DNA of 64,000 nt. It comes from Haplodiscus bocki. Taxonomy: Eukaryota. This document shows positions 50,180 to 62,300 of this stretch, one piece after another. The DNA lies in NCBI GenBank assembly GCA_965655095.1, contig OZ296652.1:116622001-116686000 (forward strand), written 5' to 3'. Position numbers and translations under genes: made by a program. The stretch's first letter is position 1. The number at the start of each line of letters is the position of its first letter. The notes under the pieces were generated by a model that did no database searches, was not told the origin of the DNA, and saw nothing but the letters and a program-made list of their open reading frames with translations.

Positions 50180-50536
50180 ATGAATCGTCCATTCTCTGCC
50201 ACTTCTGACAAAGAGTTCAGCGATAGCTACATCGACATTGCGAGATATGAGAGGCGTCTAATACGAGGTACAACCATAAGGTATCCCAGCACGGGGACCT
50301 AAATGTTTCGGAAAGTTTCCAAAAAAAAAAGAGTTGATGATGAGTATTATCTGGATCGACGACTTACGCTCGTTACGTCTGATTTTCATCAATTGACCAA
50401 CAATACAAAGAAAATTAGAATGCAACCAAAACCCGATGAGGAGGTTGTAACGGCAACTGTCAAGCGAGAAAAGCCATTTGACAAACCAATCACTCAAATT
50501 CCTCGATTGTACTTTTCTGGCAGTAACTGTATATAA
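50180..50536 (+). pseudogene. Polinton accessory ORF relic (hypothetical; possibly PC4-like ssDNA-binding fold)
   Basis: MNRPFSATSDKEFSDSYIDIARYERRLIRGTTIRYPSTGT*MFRKVSKKKRVDDEYYLDRRLTLVTSDFHQL... in one frame with a single internal stop. The fold is a guess from the strand-rich then helical pattern. Confidence 0.35.
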
Positions 50537-51329
50537 TGTTTCATTTAAACGTATCTACCGGTGAACTTATATCTTCCGTCATCAATACGTTCTTTCACGG
50601 CAAGAACTTTTCTTTTTTGAAACCGTAAGTTTCTTTCGTAAATAATACCAAAACCAAACTATTACTTTTCAGTTTCCGAAAGTGATTGCGTCTATGTACA
50701 AAAAAACGTGCAATTTTTTCATGAAGTTTTCGAAAAATTTTTGGTACCATATTTATTTTGATAAAATACATTTGAGTAAACTTTTCAAGAGCAGCATCTG
50801 TTATGCCCTTGAATTACACTCTGAGGAAAGCGAATACTGTGACATTAAGCAAAAATTTTATCATCTACTCAAGGAGTCAAGCTCAAAATTTCAGTAAACG
50901 AGGAAAGGGACAAGCTGTGTCATCTTTTTAGACAACTTTCTCGACATTGGTACACACTAAAAGTTATTTAAAGTTGAACAGTTAAACATTTGAAAAAGTT
51001 ATTCGAGCAATGACGTACAACAGGAATCTGGACAACCAGAAGCCGTTTTACCAAAGCACAAAATAAACACGCAAACGAGTCCCCGTAGTGGGAAACAGAT
51101 ATGAAGGATCAGCGCTAACCAGCAACGTGTCTTCAGTTCTTTTCATTATACTAAACCTGACAATTGGCTGTCAAAGTGCAGCTTTGTTTTAAGGGAGGGT
51201 TAATGTTTTTCTCTGGTTTTGGTACTATAAACGATGAAATGCTAGCTTTTCGTTTTGATTCATCCTGTATTGAAAAAAAGAACTTTTTAAAATTTTGTTA
51301 AATTTCACGTGAACGAAGATTTTTTCAAA

Positions 51330-51754
51330 ATTTATAAAAGTCTGACAAATCCTAATAAGCGCCCATTATCGATTGGGGGTATTACGGGTTAGTAACCACT
51401 GCAAACATAATGAGCAGTGTAAAAACAGAAAAATCTACTTAAATTCGATCTAGGGGATTGAAGAGGTCTTTTGATTAGCTCCTCACAACTGAAATCTGGA
51501 TATGTAACTCCTTTGCTAACCTTCCTGTAGGCAACCAGTGGTGAGCACAATGGGCCACCGAATGGATAGACTCCGTCTTTGTTACTTATTAGGAGCCAAT
51601 GCTTCCCTTTCTTATCAGAATTTTCGGAATTCGAATTTTTGAATGTGTTTTCGTTAAAAGGGATAGAAAATGTATCTGCATAGAGCACACCTAAGAATCT
51701 ATGTCTAAGCTACCCACACTTCCTATTCTGCAGAAAACTCTTGGTAAATTCCAT
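51330..51754 (-). pseudogene. Adenain-like cysteine protease (virion maturation protease) relic
   Basis: RHRFLGVLYAD..NSENSDKKGKHWLLI..PFGGPL..PLQSPRSNLSRFFCFY matches FLGVFxxD..N.D....G.HW..YFDS.G..LQ...S..CG.FC. The catalytic Cys position reads Ser and the Asp is lost. Confidence 0.85.
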
Positions 51755-51759
51755 CAACG

Positions 51760-53049
51760 CTAGGTTTCCAGCTTTTTGTTCAAAATTATAATCTTGGAAA
51801 CCTTCCAAGTGGAGTCAATGTAAAAAGTAGAACACCGTTCACCTAGGAAAAACACTTCTACACTGTTTGTTAGTTGTGCTGAAAACCTTAAACTAATCAA
51901 AATGGGTCCAACATTTGTCAGTTCTTGTTAAAGATAATCATGGGATGCTTGTTGTGTGCTGATTAAGAGTGGAGCACTGAAATATAGTGGTTAGCATAGT
52001 CTTTCTAAGGATGACCATGTTGTCCAAAATCTGGAGCTTCGACCGAGATAAGGTAGTGTTTCTTGTCATTCTCTGTTTGGAGTGGAGTTGTGGCAACAGG
52101 ATAACCATTACGATAAACAGTAATGCTGTTTAGATTGAAATTCTTTAAATGGAAAAGGTTTACGCGCGTAGGTCCCAGAAATGCTTCGCTTGTTGTCATT
52201 ACTATTGCAAACATTCGATTGGGCTCCCTGGTGAAAACATTTTCGTGACTCCAAATCTGCAACCCTGTAGAAATGAGAAACGTTTCAGGTATGATCTCAG
52301 TAAAATGTTGATGAGCGGAGGTTTTGGTTGAAATAGTCTCAATAGCTGAGTAAACTTTGCCATTTAGTGTCATTTTTTGAACGGAAAATTTGGCTTGCAT
52401 ACTCTCGATCTTATCGTCTGTTGTTCCATCATCGTAGGAGATCGGTTTTTGAGGAGCAAAAATCTCAGTGCAACGCCACTTAACAGGTGCATCTCACAAA
52501 AAATCCGACGCGTTTTTTCTAATGAAAGATATTTCTGCAGACTCCCACGTTTCAACTGTTCTTGCAGTCAAAGTTGTTTTGTGAATTCATGGAGCTGCTC
52601 TTCATAGGAGAATCTCTGACATTTCAACAAAGTATCTTTTGCCTCATTGATGAGTGAAAAGTCTGTCTCCATGAAAACTTTTTGAGCGTAAATGCCATTA
52701 GCAGGAGAAGTTTTGATGCCATTCGAAGCAAAAATACATAAAGAAAGATAATATAGAGTGATATTAACGAAGAATGATGAAACAAATTCCGCATCATTAG
52801 TTGCATCGTTTTGCAGTTTTCACCATTAAGTCTTAGAATGCAACGTTTCACTTCGAGGTAGATGTTTTGTAAATTGATGAAATTGGTTCGATCTGCAACT
52901 ATTTCAAACTCCAGGGTGGGTCCGTTGGGAGCAACTAATGGAACAATTTCCTGCTCGAAGAATGTATTGGAGGTAAACAAGAGAGAGGGAGACTCAAATA
53001 TTTCCAATCAACTGTGTAATGGTTCAACAGGTAAAACAATAGATAACAT
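51760..53049 (-). pseudogene. Major capsid protein (double jelly-roll, hexon-like) relic
   Basis: LEIFESP..GPTLEFEIVADRTNFINLQNIYLEVK; TFLISTGLQIWSHENVF..EAFLG..NLFHLKNFNLNSITVYRNG; C-terminal LRFSAQLTNSVEVFFLGERCSTFYID. These match Polinton MCP signatures (LDLF..P, GPIEF..YIDL..TYL.VK, AFNG...NPFNF..FNL..I.LY.NG). Confidence 0.88.
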
Positions 53050-53406
53050 TTTCTTACTGCTGAAAAGAAATTTGACTGACTTCTCTGTAGCTTCTTCCTT
53101 GCTCAACTGTTCCTTCTCACAGGTTTACTGTTTCTGGTTGACGATTTTCCTTCGATTTTCTTTTTCACTGTTCTTTTCACAGCTGATTCCGCTGTTTGTT
53201 TGGGAGATTTTTTTTCTGGCAACATCCATGAAAACTGGTAAACAAACCATTGCTTTCCTATTGATATGGCAGCTGGTAGTACTTTTTGCGAAATGTATCG
53301 CGACTCGTCCAACTCCAGCGGCTCAGGATCTTAAACCGCTTCCTCTCTGTCTTGTGTGGCCCGAAAGGTGGGGCATGACAGCTTGCCGGGAATAATGAGA
53401 CTGCAT
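53050..53406 (-). pseudogene. Small Gly/basic Polinton protein (QRGxG family, putative core protein) relic
   Basis: MQSHYSRQAVMPHLSGHTRQRGSGLRS*AAGVGR followed by a Lys-rich tail, in the usual position upstream of MCP. Confidence 0.7.
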
Positions 53407-53409
53407 TCT

Positions 53410-54265
53410 TGGAACTTGCAAAACCTTAATGTTCTCGCAACAACACCACTTCAATCAAACAGGACGTAGTCTCCAGACACTGCAACTAACTCAATGAATA
53501 CTTTCCGGATTATGTCCAAAAAAAATTTTTAAACTGGAAAACTGGAAACGAATTATATTTCGTTGCAGACGTGCTGGGTGGATTAATGTTTTTTAGGTGT
53601 TTTCCTGTATCAATGACAGGACGCACAGATATTCTAACTCCAGCTATGTGCTGGTCTTCAATGATATCATATTAAATGAAGAAAATGTGTTGTTTCCTGC
53701 TGTAATGTCTGCCGTCTAATCACCCTTGAATGGTTCTGTTTGCTTCTCCATTATGTCATTTCTAACAATGAAATACAACTTCGGTTGGAAACCGGCACTC
53801 CCATATACCTTGATACATCGAAGACACTTCTTTCATGAAGACTTATTCCATAACTCTCTGCAAGGTTGAACTCTTCACCTCTTCAGTGTCTTATTCGGTA
53901 GTAAAAAGAACAATGGGCCTCGTGCTTTCAGCAACGTCAAGATGTAAGAATGTGACAACATTCCTGACAGTTTTGTATTCACCATCAGGGAAGTTGCATT
54001 GGTTGACTATTCTTTTCATCCCACAATTACGCGTCCTGAGTATTGCCAATCGATGTTGAATTATCGAAAAGAGTTTTCGGCATGCTCTTTGGTGGTAACA
54101 TTCTTGATACTTTTTGGGAATTTTTTTCCTGACAGAATCATTCTCCAATCTCATTCTAGTTGAAAAGGTTCTGCGAGCACGTTGCAAAATCTTGCTTTTG
54201 TGTTTTGTCGATAAGTTTCTATTGAACCGTTTGTTTCTAAATATATGTCAAACTCATGTTTTTTC
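53410..54265 (-). pseudogene. Minor capsid protein (penton-like) relic
   Basis: FDIYLETNGSIETYRQNTKARFCNVLAEPFQLE*DWRMILS (cf. FY.TLPSN.S..FP.NT..F...L..P..L.G.WEVAL); FPDGEYKTV; FI*YDIIEDQHIAGVR (cf. YVYSDI..Q.VGD); C-terminal IELVAVSGDYVLFD*SG..RTLRF. Confidence 0.8.
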
Positions 54266-55150
54266 AACAAGTTTTTGTCAACTCTGGCTCTTAAAACTTC
54301 CCTTGAAAGTCTTCTCCTTCGGAATGAATCAGCAATTAAACGGGTGGGTTGAACATTGCAGTTTCAGTATTCTGAAAACTTCTTCAGTGAAACATGGTTT
54401 ACACCTTTTTCTGAACCATATGTCTTCCTTCGTTGTTCAAACTTTTTCTCCCGATTTCAATTTCGTTTTTCTGAACAATTTATTTGACTGTTGCGCTATC
54501 TGTGAAGCCAAATTCATTACTTGCTTCAACGAGAAATTCTTGGGTGCCGACTCTGCAACACGATTGATTCGAGAAATGATTGTGTTAACGAAAGACTGCA
54601 GTTTGTTTATGAAGCGTTGGAACCATTTTTCCTCCCAATGTTTGTAGATGATGTTTTTGAGAGATCAAATATTCCGCTCTGAAAATGCCGATTTCGCTTC
54701 AATGTTTGTGGGGTAAGTGTCTATGCTTTTGCTTTCACAAAACTTTTTGTAACCTCCTTCAAACTTGGTTACTTTAGCAGTTCATACTTTCAATGTTTTA
54801 ATTTTGGTGACCACGCGACCGAAAGTTTGAGCAGTCTCCCCCGCATTTTTAATCCGCGATGGTTGAACTTTGTGTTATCGTGACAGTACAACGGCAACGA
54901 GAACAAAGTTTCTAAAACCATTGTTGCATTTAGCTAGTTTGTCTGAACAAGCTAAATCAATAGACCAGATCTCATTGATGACGTAAACAGTAACTTTCAA
55001 ACGAGGAAAACATCTTCTGTAATGTCTGTACTCCGTATGTGTACTTTCACACTGTTGGAAATATTCAACTCTCAACCGAGACAAGGAACTGGTTTTTTGC
55101 ACATTTGAAACGCTTCCAGAAGCTGCCGGTCATTTCTTATTTGAATTCTT
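54265..55150 (-). pseudogene. Retroviral-like (DDE) integrase of the Polinton, relic
   Basis: PAASGSV..THTEYRHYRRCFPRLKVTVYVINEIWSIDLA..LAKCNNGFRNFVLVAVVLSR..KV*TAKVTKF (second Asp lost)..KSAFSERNI*SLKNIIYK..SGEKV..FTEEVFRI..PPV..GEDFQGKF*EPEL. Confidence 0.92.
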
Positions 55151-55748
55151 GTGTTTTATTTTCTCAGAATCTGAGAGTATCCCACGCTCACTTTGAGATC
55201 TCTTCTGCTTGAGAAACTTTGCAAATTTTTGGTAGTCCAACTGTTAATTCCCAGATGTTTTCCCGAGCGTTTTGATTTTAAGTTTTAATGTTGTTTTGCT
55301 ACAACCAGTTTGGAGTATTTTTTTGCGTCGTAGTAAGCAACCAGGCTCGAGGAAAAATCTGTGAAATACGTTTGTAAGAAGGGTCATGTTGTCCTTGGTT
55401 TGTTTGATGTGAGTTATCAAGGAAATTGGCAGCCTCAACAGTGGTTAGGCAGTCATCTACTGTGAAACGTCCGTTTTTCGTGACTCTTACATCTGACGCT
55501 GCGTAGTCTTTTGCAAGATTGGCTTGATTTTCACAAGTTGTCCGGCTGTCAACCTCGATAATGATTTTAGAACCCTTTTCTCCGCAATATCCGGCTGGTT
55601 TTCTGTCACTTCGGATAAAGTTGAAAATTCTTCTTCTCCTACCGTAGGTTTTTGTCTCTGTATCAATGTCAGTTGTTTGCCTTTCTCAGCTACTTTAGGA
55701 TCGAACAGAACCTCCGATGATTTAGGTTGCTCTTCAACAAAGTTTTCT

Positions 55749-56099
55749 TTAGGAATTAGAATAAATTCTCATTGTAGTAGATATGAATAGACTGGACAAC
55801 TGAAGAACCTGCATCAATTTGACGCCTTCGTGGGAGCTAAGGATCCGTTGTCTTTTGTGGTCACATGTCTTAGCATTGCATGTTACAGCCAGCTCTTTTT
55901 CATAGGTGATTAAGCGATCGACATTGAAAGGAATATTACCACTAAATATTTTCGGACCGCATTCACAGAGAAATTTCAAGTCATCTGCGCTACAGCTACA
56001 TGATATTTTTTGGGCAACTTTCTTTTCCTTTTTGTTTTGCCAAAGCTTCAGAAGATGCCCGTTTTTCTCTTTCACTTGACAGAGCTGGGGCATTCGCAA
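55749..56099 (-). pseudogene. Conserved small Polinton protein of unknown function (CEC..N...GN(I/V)P family)
   Basis: KFLCECGPKIFSGNIPF...KRQRIL, positioned between the ATPase and integrase as in related elements. The frame is still open but the element is dead. Confidence 0.65.
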
Positions 56100-56109
56100 G
56101 AGAACAAGT

Positions 56110-56711
56110 TAAATAGAAAATTGCAGGACTCCTCCGGCGCTATTAGAGCAGAACCTCAACGATTTATTTCCTTCTGCATCAATATCATTCAAAAAATGAC
56201 CATATGAAAACTTAACAACTTTTTGATAACAAATTTTGAAAGAACTCCGAACTGTTTTTCTGTCTACCAAAGTGAAAAATTTGCTGAAAGTCACGCAAAG
56301 AGTTGAATGAGACAATGTGCGTTGTTTTGAGGTCAATTTTACACAACCACTTGCTGGACACAATTATGTTCGACAGAAATGCAGTGAAACTTTCCATGCC
56401 TTCCAGCAGCGGCAACATTAACAAAATATTTTTCCTGGCACTTTGCTTCCCAGGAATCATCACAAACCAGTAAATAGTTTCCAAGCTTCTTGATCATTTC
56501 AAAAGCGAGACATCGGACGAACTATGTTCAGTTTTTCAGTCATTTCTTTGAATAATGGCTGATAATCCCTGTAAAAGTAGTAGGTTCTTTGAAGCTTGGG
56601 GAAAAATGTAGGTGATGCTGACATGGAAAATTTATTTCGTGTCTAACTTGAGCTTCCTCGAGCTACTAGAGACATAAATAGCCTACCTTTAGTGAAAAAT
56701 TTGTTGGTCAT
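56110..56711 (-). pseudogene. A32/FtsK-like DNA packaging ATPase relic
   Basis: MTNKFFTKGRLFMSLVARGSSS*T (decayed Walker A), YYFYRDYQPLF, LLVCDDS (Walker B), AAGRH, THIVSFNSLRDFQQIFHFGRQ, YGHFLNDI..LRFCSN. Confidence 0.9.
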
Positions 56712-57599
56712 AGATGTGGGCTGGGAAGTATACAACCCACCGCAGCTGACAAGAGACAACCATACTGGAATTTCTTCACAAAGAACTTTGTAGACAAGCA
56801 ATTTTGCTAGACTGCTAATATTGAGTGTCAGAAGAAATGCAGCTTAAAAAAACAAAACCTCAGATCTTGGTAACGTTGTTGATTTACAAAACCTCCACCA
56901 GGAGCCCTTGCTATTATTTCCATAGTAAGCGAATTGTTCAACTCCAATATCGCTGCTGCTCGCTCTTCCATCTCTGTGAATGAATGTTATAGGTTGAAAA
57001 AAATTATGTGAATGTTGTACTTAATTTATATGTAAAGGATACAACTATTAAAATCATCGCACTGTTTTAGATTTACCCTATTTTGCTTTTCGCAGTTTCC
57101 AGGTGTATACGGGAAAATGGCAATATTGAGAATGTCTTCTCTGTCTCTTAGCTCATTGAAAACTTGGTCGGGCAACCGGGGACTCTCCTTACTAATTAAA
57201 TTGTAAGTTTAGCGGGTGGCGGAAGTTTCACAGGCTTGATGTTGTTATTTTCATCAACGGCTTCAATGACGCATTTGACATGAATTCCTATGACGTTCAG
57301 AAAAAAGTTATGGAATCGGTACTTGACTTAAGTTGAAGGAATCCAGCATAAGTTAAATGGATGGCTGCCTTTAGCAATAGTTTATGTGAAGCAGCTTGTC
57401 GATATTCTTCTTAAACGAGTTCATATGTAATGTTTTCATTAACATTCTTGATTTTGACCAGGTTGGTTGTTGATTCTGTTTTGATTAAACTCGGGAAAAG
57501 GGTGGGGAATATTGTGTCCTTGTTTTTCTGTATCTGGAAAGTTGTAGACATAAGCGATCTGCTGACACTCATTTAGTTAGAGATAAAAAGAAGTTTGAT

Positions 57600-58060
57600 T
57601 TCTCCCATATGCAATGACTCATGAAAAAAGAAAAAAGTGCTGGGTGACTGAGACAAATGGGACTGCAGTTCCGCTGGAATTCGGACGCTTTGTGACAGCT
57701 AAGCAGCTAAGGTGATCCGAATCAATGACCCGGCTGCAGAAGTTTCGTAGAAACGAACACTTTTCGTTACCTTTGGCTTAAATGATGATGTTTGGGAAAC
57801 GAATTTCGAAGCTTAGAAAGGAACCGTAGATGAAATAATAATCCAAATTTCCAAAGTCCCAGTTCAAACCGTTTATTTTAATCATAATCCATGTATAAAT
57901 TTTCTGCGCCTTGATAGAAACTAGATGATTGGGATAAGGTGGCTTCAGAAGAATTGTATCGTTATAGTGAAAATCCCGAACAGATAACTTTTTCACAGTG
58001 ACAGTTTGATTTAAAAAACGAAAGCCTTCGATATCAATAACAACTATTTGAGGTAGTAGC
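57600..58060 (-). pseudogene. Maverick-associated RNase H-fold (DEDD-like) putative exonuclease relic
   Basis: IVVIDIEGFRF..VKKLSV..LKPP..YTWI..INGLNWDFGNLDY, then past a stop AKGNEKCSFL..DHLSC. This matches the D.EGF..VKEL..KPP..WL..HGL.W..G..Y..KG.EK..L..LGC pattern common in invertebrate Mavericks. Confidence 0.7.
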
Positions 58061-58981
58061 AGGAGCAAAAAAATGAAGTAAACATTTTTTGGTTTATAAT
58101 TCTGGTTGAGAACGCTTAATAAAATAAAATGACCGCTGATTGCTCTAAAAATTCTACCCAGAGGACTTCACTAAAATTGGCTGTCAACTTTGCAACGGCT
58201 TGCAAGAAACAGAAACGTCAATAGGTTTTAGACCCTTTGAATACCCAATCAAAATTCGCCGATAAATATTGAGAACAAGCCTTCTTTGAAGTTTCAATAT
58301 CGAGAATGGATAAAAATGATTGCATCAGCCCAAAAGAAAGTTTCTTCCTCATTCCAAAACGAATTCTGTTCACCTCAGTTCTCTTCGCAATTCTCTGAGA
58401 TCTCTCAAAGTAATCTCTAAACCTGACATCTGTACCTCCCCGAGTTGTGTTTATTGCGAACCAACGGGGTAATCCACAATCGGTTTACTGTTATCAGACG
58501 GAACATAATGAGTGTTTTGCGACAGTTTAGGCAGGTTTTACTTGATGAAAAAACGACTTTGAATAGGGTCTGTAGTGTTGTGCTTACGACATATATTTTT
58601 CACACTTTCGATCTTCATATATGTATGGGCAAATGCAAGCAACCCCGTTTGTGTGTGCAGGCAAAAAAAATCAACATCGTCGTTCAGACAGAAAGTGTCT
58701 TATCCCGGCGAACAATCAGATGATATTATGTAGTCGTGTTGGTCATAATCAAGTATATTAGGGTCCAATGTTTATTTTTTTCTTCTTGACGATGTGTCAA
58801 ATAAATAAAAACCAAAGTTGTTAAAGGAGCGAAAGTTATTGTCACTATCTTGAAAAGCAGCTGTTTCCAGTCCTTTGTCGACCTATTTAACAAATACTTG
58901 CAATCACGCAGTACTAAGAAACTGATTTCACTGTTTCTTCAGACTTTCCATTCCGCTAATCCATATTGGAGAATAAACAAT

Positions 58982-59054
58982 TGCAGGCTTTCGGATTCGA
59001 ACTGTCATCCTTTGGAACCATAACAACTGGTTGTACCATCTGAGCTATTTCTGC
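58982..59054 (-). pseudogene. tRNA-like relic or SINE head
   Basis: Minus strand GCAGAAATAGCTCAGATGGTA...AGTTCGAATCCGAAAGCCTGCA: A and B boxes at tRNA spacing, partial GCAG/CTGC acceptor pairing, degenerate anticodon arm. Confidence 0.6.
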
Positions 59055-59185
59055 ATTATCGTGAATGTAGTCATGTGATATATAATCAAAAGATAACAAC
59101 CTATGGAGCAGTAAAAACAGTATCAACCGTCTTTCTATAATTTTTTGCGATTGTTTCCATAACTCTCAACTTTTTCAACAATGAA

Positions 59186-59348
59186 GATTCACATGGTTTT
59201 TCGCGGGTCAATCTCAAGATTGCGTCAGTCTTTTCGCAGGTGAATCTGCTAAATGTTCACCTGCAAAAAGATTGAGACAAACTAAAGATTCACCCACAAA
59301 AAAGATTGACACAATCTTGGGATTGACCCGCGAAAAACTATGTGAATC
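59186..59348. mobile_element. Foldback/MITE-like element with ~62-bp imperfect inverted arms
   Basis: gattcacatggtttttcgcgggtcaatctcaagattgcgtcagtcttttcgcaggtgaatct is close to the reverse complement of agattcacccacaaaaaagattgacacaatcttgggattgacccgcgaaaaactatgtgaatc. Confidence 0.8.
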
Positions 59349-62300
59349 CCTACACTGCTCATCTTTCTTTTGCGAAAACCACTTTGCGGCGAAATCGTCT
59401 CACAACACAGAGACGAATGTTGCTGAAGATTTCCACGTTTTCATCAGGCTCACTTTGGGTGATTATTTTTCGGCGGCACAAATTGGCAAAATGCAGATTT
59501 TTATGAATACTCACTTTTTATGTAGAGGAGATGTTTCTCTAGAGTCAACTCGTGAGATCTTACGTTCTGTACTTTTTTGGATCTGATTCAAAACGGTCCC
59601 AGTTCTAAGAGCAGAATTTGATCGAGCAGATGTGTTGAAGGAAAAATCGCTACATAATTATTCTATGACTTTGGTCCCCTTTTCAAGTGCTGAATATTTT
59701 CGAAATAACGTTCAAATGCTACAAAAACAAGCCTCATTTCCTTCAGAGCCTTTTCAACGCTGTAAAATTTTGGGCGCTTTCACTCGAAACCTAAGCGAAA
59801 GTCTGATTGCGCTAATGATTTTTTCCTGTCGCAAAAACGTGACAAGTATCAACGCTTTTGGCTTCTTCATTCGCCAATAACATTCTGCTGGATTTACCTG
59901 ATTTTTGGATAAATTGTTATAGACGATGCTTTTCCACCTACCCTATTTTTTGGCCGGGAAAACTACTTCTCGACCATCTTTGATCAAATTATAAGTTAAC
60001 CTCTGTAAATAGCAGCTTTCAGTTCTGACGACCAGTTCTGCGAACGGTTTTTGGTCGGATTGTTGTCTTTTTTCTGCATGAAGCGTTTATCAAGGTTGTA
60101 ATTCACTTCCGAGTTTTCAGCAGCCGAGAATTTTTTCCGTTTCGTCATTTTATTTCGTCATTTGGCAACTTCGTTTATCATTTTTGGGACCCAATCACTC
60201 CTCGTCTATCGGTCCATCGAACCTGTTCAGAGTAAAAGTATTCACGCAAGGTCGTTATTAGCCATGCTCAAAAGCCAGGCGCAAAATCGGGGACAATAGT
60301 TCAAGTACTATTTTTCGACGGCAAATTGTACTTTCGCAGCTTTGGAGTTTAGCTGCTTGTGCATACTGCGCCAATGTCATCTAATCAATGAAGCGACAAG
60401 AATTATTTATGATTTTTTGCCCTTTTTTCGAACTTTTCGGCAGAGTGTCAACGGAATTTTTTCCGATACAACTAGAAAAATTCAAATTTTCCGTCATTTT
60501 CATCCTATTCAAGGACTGCTAGTACTTTTGTTTGTTGGTGTGAAGCATTCGTGGATTGCATATCAGAGTACCAGCAGATTACGTGATGCGTGAAAATGTT
60601 AATCGTTGTTTTATTTGGCGTCGTTTTGGTGGAAAATTTTGCGAACAATTTCTACTGGCGTCAAGACCTACAAACGTAGTCTTTGGCAAGATTCAATCAC
60701 TGATTGATTCCAGGAGGAACTGTGCACAGTAGATTAGGTCAATGCAAGGTTGATTAAATGGCGGGACATTATCAGCTCACGAAATTTAGAGTGGACAGGT
60801 TTTATGCGTTTTTTGAATTTTTGACCGGAAATGTAGTGAAATTGAATTTTTGTGAATTCCGATTTTTTCTGATAATATGAAACTTTGTTGATTTGGATTG
60901 AGTCCAGAAGTTTATAGCCGGACGGCAAAATGAGCTTTTCGCAGCCCACTCCATTTCGTGTTTGCTGAGATAAACGCAAAAAAATTGTCCAAATATTCAG
61001 TTTTTGAGCATCTTTGTCTTTTTGTTTTGTTTACGCGTTGTTTGGTAACTGACACTGCCGATGCTTTCTCTAGGTTTCTGCTGCGACATTTTGAGTTCAC
61101 GGTTCACAATTTAAGCTGTTTCTTCAGGTGATGTGGAGGTGAGGTGAGCTGCTTTTTCGAACTGACGCAACGCAAAGTGTTGTATGTTAATCATTTACTC
61201 CGACAGCTTTCTTACAGCCCTTTTATCCATTCATAGAATGCATTTTTAAACAAGCAGCTAAAAGATCCTTTTTGTGTGTTGTTAAATTTTCAAAATACGG
61301 AAGATGTTGGGAAATCATTCTTTTTCCGGTTTTTCGAAAGAATGTTGAAATTTAGTTTTATCGAATATCTAATTTTTGGATACGCAAGTCAAACTCAAAG
61401 ATTTTCCAAAGGTGCTGTCGAGTTTTTAGTCGGTGCACTGCTTATGGAAGGTTTGAGTCTTGCCCTTTGCGAGCCTTAGGCCAAGCACCTTAACGCCTCT
61501 TTTTTCTCCGCATGTTCCATCATTTTTTGCTGAAAGATTTCTGGCTGGCAGTCTCAGCAGTAAACTGAAGCCAGATAATTTGTTTCTTATTTACTTTCGT
61601 TCGTTCTTTTTACCTTTCTACCCCCGGCTAAAGCGTACGTGAGTGTCTACTCTTCGATTCCATGTACAAGTGGTAATACACTCAAATATTCTCAAATTTG
61701 TCAAATAGCATATGCTTTTCGCTTTTTCAATTTTATCAGCCAATTTCATCCAAATTCGCTCCATTCCATTTTTAGGACTACGGAAAGCTCAAATTATTTT
61801 CCAAAACGCTACAATGCTGTGTGGGAATACAATACGGACCATCACAGTAGCGCTGGAATATCGCAAATCGACGAAAAAGTTTTTTTTGTTCACAAGTCAA
61901 TATACTTGGAAACTAGCTGGCTACTAGCTTTTTTGCTATTTACTGCCAGTTTCCTAGTATAACGTGTGAACCTCGGCAAAATTTGATTTTGTTTCAACCT
62001 ATACGCGGGAAAACATAATAAAGGTTAAGGAACTCTATGGGTATCCCAAAATTATTCCAAAGTACTATGTTTTTGTGCAGGCATATATACCTATAATATC
62101 TGAACTTTCTCACGCAGTGAATATCATACCAAGGAGCCCCTCAACTAAATTTCAAATTTTGGCGATGTACTGCTAATTTTTTTGGGGAAAATGATGATTT
62201 TAACAAATCCTTTGCAGGAAAAGCCGTAATTTGAAATGTTTTTTCAAAAACATCTTTTCCCCGCGTACTTTTGGTGCCTTACTAGCGGAGCTGTTTTGGG

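Larger units (their letters stand above)
44200..58100 (-). mobile_element. Polinton/Maverick (adintovirus-like) endogenous viral element, fully pseudogenised
   Basis: Collinear minus-strand relics of protein-primed PolB, adenain-like protease, major and minor capsid, QRGxG core protein, retroviral-like integrase and packaging ATPase. No terminal inverted repeats or target-site duplication identified, so boundaries are approximate; the element may extend to ~58800. Confidence 0.95.

Noticed and set aside
52862-54647. Long plus-strand ORFs (177 aa each at 52862 and 54114)
   Set aside because: Antisense shadows of the minus-strand capsid, core and integrase relics.
61400-61570. Candidate next calcineurin exon after cttcag| (would read ..GY-LLLRLPARNLSAK..)
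   Set aside because: Phase-compatible with the GT donor but has no similarity to the CnA C-terminal or autoinhibitory region; unsupported without transcripts.
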